DNA of 10,602 nt from Xanthovirga aplysinae. Its GTDB lineage: Bacteria > Bacteroidota > Bacteroidia > Cytophagales > Cyclobacteriaceae. The notes under the pieces were generated by a model. It saw only the letters and a list, made by a program, of their open reading frames with translations. It was not told the DNA's origin and ran no database searches. Both the position numbers and the translations under genes were made by a program. Within the stretch, counting starts at the first letter, position 1. Each line of letters begins with the position of its first letter. Location: the NCBI RefSeq assembly GCF_009711365.1, contig NZ_SMMB01001185.1, positions 1-10,602 on the forward strand, given 5' to 3'. Positions 1-8,400 of this stretch are shown here, one piece after another.

Positions 1-100
1 ATATAGGATCATTGTTTTTTCATGCTTTATAGTGTTTGGAAGAAAACTATTAGTTTTTAGTTTCAAAAGGATATTTTTTGGAAAAAAATATTGCTAATTT

Positions 101-131
101 TTTGAGCAATTATGATTTTTTATTAAATTTG
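101..131 (+). promoter_or_regulatory. Candidate Bacteroidota sigma-A-type promoter: -33 TTTG at 101-104, 19 nt spacer, -7 TAAATTTG at 124-131
   Basis: Exact match to the Bacteroides -7 consensus TAnnTTTG, with a TTTG 19 nt upstream (consensus spacing 19-21). Lies in the AT-rich leader upstream of the gene cluster. It is about 360 nt from the first ATG, so it would imply a long 5' UTR. Confidence 0.3.
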
Positions 132-174
132 AAACATGTCGCACTGCTAATTATATTGGTGACTGGATCGGGCC

Positions 175-186
175 AGCCCATGGGCT
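175..186. promoter_or_regulatory. GC-rich perfect 12-bp palindrome AGCCCATGGGCT in an otherwise very AT-rich leader; possible dimeric regulator binding site
   Basis: Read directly: positions 175-186 equal their own reverse complement. The local context (ggatcgggccAGCCCATGGGCTttctg) is the only GC-rich island in the 1-490 leader. Confidence 0.25.
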
Positions 187-235
187 TTCTGAAAATTATT
201 TATTGATCACAAAAAATAGGAATATGAATTAATTA

Positions 236-268
236 TTTGATTTGAGTTGAAATTTATGATTACATTTG
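236..268 (+). promoter_or_regulatory. Second candidate Bacteroidota-type promoter: -33 TTTG at 236-239, 21 nt spacer, -7 TACATTTG at 261-268
   Basis: TAnnTTTG match, with a TTTG at the consensus spacing. Predicted TSS is about 275, roughly 220 nt upstream of the nfeD-like ATG. Confidence 0.3.
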
Positions 269-493
269 GCATTTTTCACAGCGTAAAATTATTTAAGTCT
301 GATTTCATGCGATCCTGGTTTGTTTTGGAGTGGGTTCTAAATACGAGAGAGGGATTTTTAAGAATTTTACAATTCTCTGAATGTGAGTAACTATGCCTTG
401 ACCGTTAGGTTTGTTGCTAATCTATAAATGCCCAGTAACCCAATCAAAAGAAGGGCCTTTTTTGATGATCTTTAACCCTTTAAACCCTCAGCT

Positions 494-1126
494 ATGAGTG
501 AACTATTTTCGGCTTCTGTTTCTGTTGTCAATATTATTCCAACTACCTTGTTGGTTTTTATATTAATCTACTGGGTGACCGTCATTCTTGGAGTTTTGGA
601 CTTTAATTTTCTGGATTTTGACCTGGAGCTGGATTTGGAATTAGATGCAGAGGCAGATGGAGAAATATCCGTGGCCTGGCTAAATTCTGTATTAGCCTTT
701 TTTAACCTGGGTAAGGTGCCCTTTATGGTGTTTATGAGCTTTTTGGCCTTACCCTTATGGATTATTTCGGTGTTGAGTAACCATTTCCTAGGAAATACTT
801 CCATACTCATTGCTTTGCTCATATTATTGGCTGACTTTTTTATAAGTTTGTTTGTGGCAAAATTTCTGACCATGCCTTTGATTAAGCTTTTTGGAAAGAT
901 GGAGGAAGATACCGAAGGGGCTGTTACCGTGGTGGGAAAAATTTGTACAGTTTTGCTTCGGGTAGAGGATGGAAAATTAGGTCAGGCAAAAGTCAATCAT
1001 TCTGGTTCACCTATTTTGCTAAATGTACGATCTGCTAAAGGGGTATCATTGAAAAAGGGGGAGACTGGTCTGGTGATTGACTATCTTGAAAGTGAAAAAA
1101 TATATTTAATTGAACCATATAAATAA
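494..1126 (+). CDS. NfeD/YqiJ/YuaF-like membrane protein. N-terminal multi-TM region followed by a C-terminal OB-fold beta-barrel. Typical partner of SPFH/flotillin proteins
   Basis: 210-aa ORF with an ATG start. The N-terminal half holds 3-4 hydrophobic helices (IIPTTLLVFILIYWVTVILGVL; FMVFMSFLALPLWIISVL; ILIALLILLADFFISLFVA). The C-terminal ~70 aa are Gly/Val-rich and beta-strand-like (GAVTVVGKICTVLLRVEDGKLGQAKVNHSGSPILLNVRS...GETGLVIDY), typical of the NfeD short-form beta domain. The stop lies 7 nt before the flotillin ATG, the same arrangement as yqiJ-yqiK and yuaF-yuaG. Confidence 0.8.
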   Translation: MSELFSASVSVVNIIPTTLLVFILIYWVTVILGVLDFNFLDFDLELDLELDAEADGEISVAWLNSVLAFFNLGKVPFMVFMSFLALPLWIISVLSNHFLGNTSILIALLILLADFFISLFVAKFLTMPLIKLFGKMEEDTEGAVTVVGKICTVLLRVEDGKLGQAKVNHSGSPILLNVRSAKGVSLKKGETGLVIDYLESEKIYLIEPYK

Positions 1127-1133
1127 ATAGTAA

Positions 1134-3284
1134 ATGGATATACTAGAACAAACCATTGGGGCTGCTATTATCATAGGAGTAGTAGTATTGATCGGAATCA
1201 TTGCCCTTTTCATTAAAATGTATAAAAAGGCTGTTCAAGGGGAAGCCCTTGTAAAGACTGGGCTTGGAGGAACGAAGGTTGATTTTTCAGGAATGTTTGT
1301 AGTTCCGGTATTACATAAATTGGAAAAAATGGACATCACGTTAAAAACGATTGTCATTTCCAGAACGGGATCAGAAGGGTTAATTTGTAAAGACAACCTG
1401 AGAGCTGATATCAAAGTAACATTTTTCGTTCGTGTGAATAAAACCGAGGAGGATGTAAAAGACGTAGCTCAATCTATTGGTTGTTCCCGAGCTTCTGATC
1501 CTCAGCAGTTGGAACAATTGTTCGATGCCAAATTTTCCGAAGCTTTGAAAACTGTGGGTAAACGTTTCGATTTTGTTGAGCTTTATAATTCTCGCAACGA
1601 TTTTAAATTGGGGATTTTGGATATCATAGGTACAGACCTAAATGGGTATGTATTAGATGACTGTGCTATTGATTACCTTGAACAGACTCCTGTAGCCTCT
1701 CTGGATGCCAATAACATTCTGGATGCACAGGGGATAAAGAAAATCACTGAACTTACATCAAAAGAAAAGGTGGAGGCGAACCTGATTGAAAATGAGAAGG
1801 AAAAGACCATCAAGCAGCAGAATGTAGAAGCAAAGGAAACTTTGTTGCAGCTAGATAAACAATTGGCAGAAAATGAAGAAAAGCAGAGAAGGGAGATTGC
1901 TACGATTAAGTCTAGGGAGCAGGCAGAAATAGATAAAGTAGCACAGGAAGAACGTTTAAAAGCCGAACAGGCTCGTATTGCTACTGAGGAGGAAATTCAG
2001 GTCGCCGAACAAAACAAAGCGCGGCAAGTACTGGTAGCCGAAAAGAATAAGGAGAAAACCGATGCTATAGAGTCGGAGCGTGTAGACAAAGAGCGTTTGT
2101 TGGAGCAGACTGAGAAGGATAGAATTGTAGCCCTGGCACAGATTGAAAAGGAAAAGGCACTTGAAGAAGAACGCAAAAATATTCAGGATGTGATCCGGGA
2201 GAGAGTTGCCGTAGAAAAAGCAGTGGTGGAAGAAGAAGAAAAAATCAAGGAAACCAAAGCAATTGCGGAAGCGGACAGAAATAAGAAAGTTGCGATCACC
2301 AATGCTGAAAAAGAGGCAGAGGAAACCTTGGTGAAGGAAATCAAACTGGCTGAAGCTAAACGTCAGGCAGCAGAATTTAAGGCCAAGCAGCTATTGGTAG
2401 AATCGGAAGCGGAACAGGCATCTGCAGGACAAAGAGCCGAGGCTATTAAGATATTAGCTGAAGCAGAAGCGGCTAAGGAGGCAGCTTTGGGAATGTCAGA
2501 AGCTCAGGTAATGGAGGCCAAAGCGGCAGCACTGGAGAAAGAGGGTGATGCCCAGGCTCATGTTATTGAAGCAAAAGGAGAAGCGGAAGCAGCAGCCCTA
2601 AAGAATATGGGAGTTGCACAAGCAGAAGCTGATAAGAAAATTGGATTGGCCAATGCAGAGGTGATGGAGGCCACAGCCACGGCTGAGGAGAAAAAGGGTC
2701 TTGCTGGAACACGGGTAGAGGCTGAAAAATATACCGTGGAGGCCAAAGGAATTGCCGATAAGGCGGAAGCTATGAAACAGTTAGATAACGTTAGCCGTGA
2801 GCATGAGGAGTTTAGACTGCGTTTAGATACTCAAAAAGAAATTGAAATGGCCAAATTGGAAGTGGAACAACGATTGGCTGAGGCCCAGGCGGGAATCATG
2901 GCTGAGGCACTAAAAGCGGCTAAGATTGATATTGTAGGCGGTGAAAGTATGTTCTTCGATCAAATTACCAAAGCCATTACCAAAGGTAAAGCCATTGACC
3001 GGGCGGTTGACAATAGCAAAACCCTGGGGCAATTAAAAGATAATTTCTTCAATGGGAATGGAAATGGGGAGGTTTCCTCTTTTAAAGAAAACCTTCGGGC
3101 CTTTGTAGATCAGTTTGGTGTTTCCTCTGACGAACTGAAATCTCTGAGCATTTCTGCCTTGCTGTTAAAAATGAGTCAGCAGACATCTAATCAGCAAGTG
3201 CAACAAACAATTTCCGAAATGGAAAATATGGCTAAAACCATGGGAGTTTCTGATAAAACGCTGAAGGCGATCGGCTTGGCGTAA
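1134..3284 (+). CDS. Flotillin family SPFH/band-7 protein (YqiK/FloT-like) with a greatly extended Glu/Ala-rich coiled-coil region
   Basis: 716-aa ORF. It has an N-terminal TM helix (IGAAIIIGVVVLIGIIALFI), then motifs I recognise from E. coli YqiK and B. subtilis FloT: ALVKTGLGGTKV, GLICKDNLRADIKVTFFVRVNKTEEDVKDVAQSIG, QLEQLFDAKF. About 400 aa of E/A/K/Q-rich heptad-like sequence (flotillin EA repeats) follow, then a Gly/Asn-containing C-terminal tail. Confidence 0.9.
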   Translation: MDILEQTIGAAIIIGVVVLIGIIALFIKMYKKAVQGEALVKTGLGGTKVDFSGMFVVPVLHKLEKMDITLKTIVISRTGSEGLICKDNLRADIKVTFFVRVNKTEEDVKDVAQSIGCSRASDPQQLEQLFDAKFSEALKTVGKRFDFVELYNSRNDFKLGILDIIGTDLNGYVLDDCAIDYLEQTPVASLDANNILDAQGIKKITELTSKEKVEANLIENEKEKTIKQQNVEAKETLLQLDKQLAENEEKQRREIATIKSREQAEIDKVAQEERLKAEQARIATEEEIQVAEQNKARQVLVAEKNKEKTDAIESERVDKERLLEQTEKDRIVALAQIEKEKALEEERKNIQDVIRERVAVEKAVVEEEEKIKETKAIAEADRNKKVAITNAEKEAEETLVKEIKLAEAKRQAAEFKAKQLLVESEAEQASAGQRAEAIKILAEAEAAKEAALGMSEAQVMEAKAAALEKEGDAQAHVIEAKGEAEAAALKNMGVAQAEADKKIGLANAEVMEATATAEEKKGLAGTRVEAEKYTVEAKGIADKAEAMKQLDNVSREHEEFRLRLDTQKEIEMAKLEVEQRLAEAQAGIMAEALKAAKIDIVGGESMFFDQITKAITKGKAIDRAVDNSKTLGQLKDNFFNGNGNGEVSSFKENLRAFVDQFGVSSDELKSLSISALLLKMSQQTSNQQVQQTISEMENMAKTMGVSDKTLKAIGLA
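2400..2780 (+). repeat. Densest Glu-Ala (EA) repeat block, low complexity, within the flotillin coiled coil (the coiled coil as a whole spans ~1750-2940)
   Basis: The translation reads ...EAEQASAGQRAEAIKILAEAEAAKEAALGMSEAQVMEAKAAALEKEGDAQAHVIEAKGEAEAAALKNMGVAQAEADKK...VEAKGIADKAEAMKQ, with recurring h-EAK/EAEAA units. The GC-rich GCN/GAR codon run also creates the spurious minus-strand ORF 2558-2746. Confidence 0.55.
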
Positions 3285-3306
3285 GATCAGATTGGAATTT
3301 CTTCCT

Positions 3307-3330
3307 AGAGACAAGGCATGCCTTGTCTCT
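3307..3330 (+). terminator. Perfect 24-bp palindrome (AGAGACAAGG-CATG-CCTTGTCTCT) 22 nt after the flotillin stop. Intrinsic terminator, attenuator or processing hairpin, or alternatively a protein-binding site
   Basis: Read directly: 3307-3330 is its own reverse complement. As RNA it gives a 10-bp stem (5 G:C pairs) with a CAUG tetraloop. There is no U-tract after it, which is common for Bacteroidota terminators but lowers confidence. Confidence 0.4.
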
Positions 3331-3369
3331 GCACCCATCAAAATTGTTTCTACAAGAAAAGGGAAACAT

Positions 3370-3786
3370 ATGAAGCAGGTATTTCAATTGAAGAAAGGGG
3401 AGATTACAATAAATGACGAGGAAATTATTATAAATGACCAAGCCGAAAGAGAAAACCGGAGGTGGCTTTTTAGTTCGGGCATATGGACAATTTATGGAAT
3501 AGCCTCTGTTGGAAGATATTTTACGACCGGGGACCAGTTTTTACTTTGGTCAGGATTATTGATAGGGATCCTTCATTGTATAAATTTCATCATTAGAATA
3601 ATTTTTAGATCAACCACAAGGCAAATAAAACTCCAGGAAATTGATTACATAAAAATTAAACAGAGGTTCAATAATAGGTTTCTTGAAATAAAACTTTTAG
3701 GAAATAAAGTAAGAAGGATCAATCAAATTCAGGATATAGAAGAAGACCTTAAGCCTTATTTGGGAAGATACTCCAAATCTAAATAG
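3370..3786 (+). CDS. Hypothetical small membrane protein, 138 aa. Short acidic N-terminus, two adjacent TM helices, then a charged beta-strand-like C-terminus
   Basis: The ORF-track frame 3292-3786 begins inside the 24-bp palindrome, so I use the in-frame ATG at 3370 (MKQVFQLKKGEITINDEEIIINDQ...). Hydrophobic segments are WLFSSGIWTIYGIASVG and FLLWSGLLIGILHCINFIIRIIF. The C-terminus has alternating I/L/V residues (IDYIKIKQRFNNRFLEIKLLGNKVRRI). No family recognised. Confidence 0.5.
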   Translation: MKQVFQLKKGEITINDEEIIINDQAERENRRWLFSSGIWTIYGIASVGRYFTTGDQFLLWSGLLIGILHCINFIIRIIFRSTTRQIKLQEIDYIKIKQRFNNRFLEIKLLGNKVRRINQIQDIEEDLKPYLGRYSKSK

Positions 3787-3799
3787 GCATTCATCAACT

Positions 3800-3821
3800 A
3801 AAAGGAGAATATTCCTTTTTT
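3800..3821 (+). terminator. Weak terminator-like hairpin (AAAAGGA-gaatat-TCCTTTT) followed by extra T residues
   Basis: 7-bp stem that is mostly A:U, a 6-nt loop and a T-run, 14 nt after the 3786 stop. Low predicted stability. Confidence 0.2.
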
Positions 3822-3904
3822 ACTAGCAAGAGAAACCTGGGGTATTTTCCTGATTTTGTCCGAGCTGAAGACTTAAAATTAATTTTTGACTAAAATCCTA
3901 TAGT

Positions 3905-4822
3905 ATGGAAAAAGAAATAAAATTAAAAAATAACGGTTTTTTTTACCTTTTTGTCCATCTAATATTTTTGTTTTCTCCCTTTCTTTTGATTTCCATTAGA
4001 GATGGCTGGGTGATTGCTGGGACACTCTTTTTATCCTTTTATGCTCTCATTGGGCTCATCGGATTTTTTATCGTTCAACCAAATCAAACCAAAGTATTGG
4101 TGTTCTTTGGAAAATATAAAGGCACGGTGAAACAAAATGGATTTTTCTGGTTAAATCCATTCTATACGAAAAAGAAAGTCTCCCTACGAGTAAGAAATCT
4201 TGAAACGGATATTATAAAGGTGAATGATGAGCAGGGAAACCCTATCCTAATTAGTGCCGTGGTGGTATGGAAAGTGATTGATACTTATAAAGCTGTTTTC
4301 GACATTGAGGCAAAGGAAGAAGTAGATTCCAAATCGGGGATGAAGAAAGTAAAGGCAGAAGAATCCTACCAAAATTTTGTGAAAATTCAGGCCGAGGCTG
4401 CATTGCGAAGAATAGCCCATTCCTATCCCTATGATAATTTAGAAGAGGGGCAGGAAGATGGTATTAGCTTGCGATCTGGTGTAGATGAAATAAATAAATC
4501 CCTTGCCTCTGAAATAAAAGAAAGGTTGAAAATAGTGGGTATAGAAGTGATGGAAGCCCGAATATCCAACTTATCATATGCTCCTGAAATAGCAGCTATC
4601 ATGTTGCAAAGGCAACAGGCTCAGGCTATCATTTCGGCTCGAAAGAAGATAGTAAAAGGCTCTGTGGGAATGGTGGAAATGGCACTGCAGGAGTTGTCAG
4701 AAAAAGAGATTGTGAAATTGTCCCCCGAAAAGAAAGCTTCCATGGTAAGTAATTTAATGGTGGTCTTATGCTCTGATCAAGGCACCTCTCCTGTGGTGAA
4801 TACTGGAATTGATCATAGTTAG
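3905..4822 (+). CDS. SPFH/band-7 domain protein of the stomatin/HflC/prohibitin type; second SPFH paralogue in the locus
   Basis: 305-aa ORF with N-terminal hydrophobic segments FFYLFVHLIFLFSPFLLISI and WVIAGTLFLSFYALIGLIGFFIV. A canonical SPFH core follows: VQPNQTKVLVFFGKYKGTVKQNGFFWLNPFYTKKKVSLRVRNLETDIIKVNDEQGNPILISAVVVWKVIDTYKAVFDIE. A stomatin-like helical C-terminus closes it: LKIVGIEVMEARISNLSYAPEIAAIMLQRQQAQAIISARKKIV. Confidence 0.85.
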   Translation: MEKEIKLKNNGFFYLFVHLIFLFSPFLLISIRDGWVIAGTLFLSFYALIGLIGFFIVQPNQTKVLVFFGKYKGTVKQNGFFWLNPFYTKKKVSLRVRNLETDIIKVNDEQGNPILISAVVVWKVIDTYKAVFDIEAKEEVDSKSGMKKVKAEESYQNFVKIQAEAALRRIAHSYPYDNLEEGQEDGISLRSGVDEINKSLASEIKERLKIVGIEVMEARISNLSYAPEIAAIMLQRQQAQAIISARKKIVKGSVGMVEMALQELSEKEIVKLSPEKKASMVSNLMVVLCSDQGTSPVVNTGIDHS

Positions 4823-4932
4823 GGAATACGAAATGAAATATTGTTTTTAAGGAATAGGATGGTGAAATTTTAGTTAACTCCCTTTTTCTGAACCTTAATG
4901 ATAAATGGTTGGCCAGGATAAAAACCGAAATA

Positions 4933-5349
4933 ATGAATACTATCTATTTGGAAGAAAAGATCAAAAGTTTAAGCTGGCAAAAAGAGCCTTTTTTGACCAA
5001 ACTATTAACCAGTCGACTGAAATATATGCAAAATGCTGGGTTTGCTGCAAGTGGTTTGGGATTAACGCAAGATAGGTTAGAAGCCAGAATAAAAAGAGTA
5101 AAACGGATCATTATCTTTTCTTCTATCCTCTTGGGCCTAAAGCTTTTAGTAGTTGCATTTATTTTTTTGGGGCAGAACCTGATAACCACATATACCATTG
5201 AGACCGATATTCTGTCCCCAATATTTTGGGCAGCCATTTTCTATGGAATTCGGCTGGAAAACAAGCTAAAGCTAGCCTATTTAGAAGAAATTAAAATGCT
5301 TAGACACATGCTCAACCCTGGAGATGAAGCAGAGAATTCTTTGTCATGA
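4933..5349 (+). CDS. Hypothetical small membrane protein, 138 aa. Helical soluble N-terminus, then 1-2 TM helices
   Basis: The ORF track starts this frame at a TTG at 4909. The first in-frame ATG is at 4933 (MNTIYLEEKIKSLSWQ...). TM segments are IIIFSSILLGLKLLVVAFIFLG and ILSPIFWAAIFYGI. No family recognised. Same strand as the cluster and properly spaced within it. Confidence 0.5.
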   Translation: MNTIYLEEKIKSLSWQKEPFLTKLLTSRLKYMQNAGFAASGLGLTQDRLEARIKRVKRIIIFSSILLGLKLLVVAFIFLGQNLITTYTIETDILSPIFWAAIFYGIRLENKLKLAYLEEIKMLRHMLNPGDEAENSLS

Positions 5350-5450
5350 CAAGAAGTCTTTAATATCCCGACGGGAATAGGGGAGGTGAATTACTCCTGG
5401 TGAATAAAATCCAAGATTTTGGCCTGATAAACCTCAAGATTGAATAAGAA

Positions 5451-8400
5451 ATGAAAGACAAGGAAACATTAGATAGATCAGTAGAATCCTCAGAGAAAAC
5501 TCAGTTGGAAAGTGGTACCTATGAAATCCTGCAAAATAGATTACAAAATAGCGGGCATGAATTAAGAAGCCGTTTGGAGCAGTTGAATGAAACCCGAAAG
5601 GAAGTTTTCGGATCAATAGAAACCAATCTGATTGCCACAGAGCGAGTGAATACAGAAAATAATTGCGTTTCTCGTGATATGGTGCCTTTGGGCGATCAGT
5701 TTATTTTTGGCTACAATGTTTTTATTGGCCTTAAAACTGAGACTAAGTTATCTGATGTTTTCAGTATTTACACCTATGAAGACCATAGTTTTCATCAGGC
5801 TACCATGGGGCTAATTGCCGATGATCGTTTTGAAGACGATTTCAAAAAGCTCTATAAATACTATAGGGATAGTCGTTTCCGAAAATTCGTTAAAAAGGAG
5901 GGCTTCCTGTATATGGTTTTTAAGATAGGGAAAGCGGAAACCGACTTGAAGGCCTTTAAATGGCGTATTGAGGGGAAGAAGCTTATCTATGTGGATAACC
6001 GCAGTGAACATGAAGTAGTGTTTCCTGATCAGCATGAGTTTCAATGGATCAGAACAAAAAGAGAGCAATACAGAGAAGGGAAGCATCCCCACATTTCCAT
6101 AGAAGATAAAATTTTTGTTGAGACCCTGGGGGGAGGTTTGACCATCAAGGTGGAAGACAACACCGAGGATGGGCAGGGTATTTATGCCGAGGAGGTGGAG
6201 CACAAAGAGCAACGCCTCGAAGATGCTGAAATCTACTATGCCATTATTGGAAACCTTATCGCCTTGAAAATTCGCCCTTTTCGGGAGGATGACTTCCGTT
6301 ATATTGTGTATAATAGCAAGCAACAGGAGGCCCGTCGAGTTGATGCCTTGAAAGACTCTTGCGTGCTCTTACCTGCTGATCACGGGATTATTTTCTCCCA
6401 TGGGTATTACTTACAAACTGGAGAGTTCAAGCTTTTTGATAATCAACTGACAGAAATGCTTTTCGAAAGGCAGTTGGTTTCTCCAAATGGGGAAGACTTT
6501 CTCTATGTTTTTTATAATAGAGCAGAGGGGCTTTACTTGTTGTTGTCTTACAATTTGATTGCCCAAAAGGTAGATAAGCCGATTCTTTGTCACGGCTATG
6601 CCTTATTTGAGAATGGGGAGCTATGTTTCTTCCGTGACGATGAAACAGCTAAAAAGCACCATGCTCTTCAAATTTGGCAAACTCCCTATACGGGGCCAAA
6701 TTTTGAATTACCCAAACTCAATGATTCCTACCTTTATAAGGTAGGAAATAAGGAAATCGTTACCGCCATGGCGGAAGCCTACGAACTCCTTACTCTTTTG
6801 AATAAAGAAGATTCCTATGAAGGTTTATATTATGACCTGATAAAAGGTTCTACGGACCTTCTAGACTCATATTATTGGTTAGATAAGGAAGATGCGTTCT
6901 CCCTTAAGGAACCTTTGAAGCAATTATTAGATACGGCTACTTCAGCAGTAGATGAATTTGATAAAGTTAGCCAGATAAAGGCCAATACCCAGGAACAAAC
7001 ATTAATCACCTTTGGTAGGGCAGATGAACTTATTAAGAAAATCAATAGGCAGAAGATTACCCACATTAATGATTTTGTTGCTTTCATTTCGGATCTAAGA
7101 ACTATAAGAGGAGAGGTTATTTCTCTAAAGGATTTGAGATATGTGGTTCTTGAAACCGTAGAAGAGTATGAAGGGGCTTTAGAGGACTTGAATAAAAAAT
7201 TGTCTGCCGATTGTGTGCAATTTCTTTTAAAAGTTGAAGCCCTGGCTCCTTATAGGGATAATGTAAATGAATTAAAGGGGGAGGTAGAGGCTGTTGCCAA
7301 GGTTAGTCAGGGCCGTAAACTGCAGGAAGAAAATAATAAATTGGCCAAAGAGCTGGAAATGTTGATTGATATTGTGAGCAACCTGCAGCAGGACGATGCT
7401 ACAGAAACTACCCGGATATTAGACAGCATTTCGGCTATTTATGCCAACTTTAACCAGATAAAAGCCTCTTTAAAGCGAAAGTTGAAAGAGTTGCTTCTGG
7501 TAGAAGGAAAAGCAGAGTTCAATGCACAGTTAAAGCTTATCGATCAAGGGGTGGCTAACTATCTGGACCTTTGTGACCAACCGGAAAAATGTGATGAATA
7601 CCTCACCAAACTCATGGTCCAAATTGAGGAATTGGAAGGTAAATTCTCCGAATTCGATGAGTTTATAGAGCGCCTTTCTCAATTAAGGGAGGAGATCTAT
7701 AATGCTTTTGACTCTAGAAAACAATTCTTGCTTGAAGCTAGAAACAAAAGGGCGAATACTTTGCTCCAGGCTGCTGACCGTCTTTTAAGTGCAGTAAAAA
7801 GCCGGGTCAATCGCTTTAAATCTGCCAATGAGGTGAATGGCTATTTTGCCTCTGACTTAATGTTGGAGAAACTTAGGAGTATTGTCGAGGAGTTGCAGCA
7901 AATGGGAGACAATGTTAAGGCTGATGATATTCAAAGCCGAATGAAGTCTCTCAAGACAGAAACCCTCCGACAGTTGAAGGATAAAAATGAGTTGTTTACC
8001 GAAGGGGACAATCTGTTGAAATTTGGTGATTATCATTTTACCGTAAATACACAGGCCTTGGGGTTAACCATGGTTTATCGTGATAAAAAGATGAATTTTC
8101 ATCTGACGGGTACCAACTTTTTTGAAGAGGTAAAGGACGAGGCATTCCTTTCTTGTCAGGAGGTATGGGAGCAGACTCTGGTTTCAGAAAATCAGCAGGT
8201 TTATCGCTCAGAATATTTGGCTTTTCAGTTATACCAACGTGCGCAAAGTTCAACCAATGAAGAGGGTGCACTAAACCTTCATGATTTATATAAATTGAAC
8301 GAACAGGAATTGTTGGAGTATGTGCAAGGTTTTATGGCTATTCGTTACAACGAAGGCTATGTAAAAGGAGTGCACGATCAGGATGCTGCAAAAATCCTGA

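Noticed and set aside
452-468. AAAAGAAGGGCCTTTTTTG just upstream of the first gene, looked at as a possible terminator of an upstream gene
   Set aside because: Only an imperfect ~7-bp stem with a G:U pair and a 3-nt loop, and no plus-strand gene upstream within the window. More likely incidental leader sequence.
568-873. Minus-strand ORFs lying entirely inside plus-strand genes: 568-873, 2558-2746, 3232-3441, 4944-5237, 5434-5616, 5811-6323, 6411-6593, 6872-7087, 8038-8271
   Set aside because: Each sits within a longer plus-strand gene that has recognisable domain content and is antisense to it. 2558-2746 is an Ala/Ser-rich artefact of reading the flotillin EA-repeat codons in reverse. The others show low-complexity or hydrophobic junk translations with no motifs, so I treat them as shadow ORFs.
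3292-3369. ORF-track start at 3292 for the small membrane protein (MEFLPRDKACLVSAP...)
   Set aside because: The first ~13 codons are the translation of the 24-bp perfect palindrome at 3307-3330 and begin only 8 nt after the flotillin stop. The in-frame ATG at 3370, downstream of the hairpin, is a more plausible start.
3400-3445. Short direct DNA repeat ATAAATGAC occurring twice, 20 nt apart
   Set aside because: It encodes a trivial peptide-level repeat (ITIND / IIIND) inside the small membrane protein and is not an independent DNA element.
4909-4932. TTG start at 4909 for the 146-aa frame
   Set aside because: The track translates a TTG as Met. An in-frame ATG at 4933 lies 8 codons downstream and is preferred. 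An ATG at 4905 lies in a different frame and terminates early.
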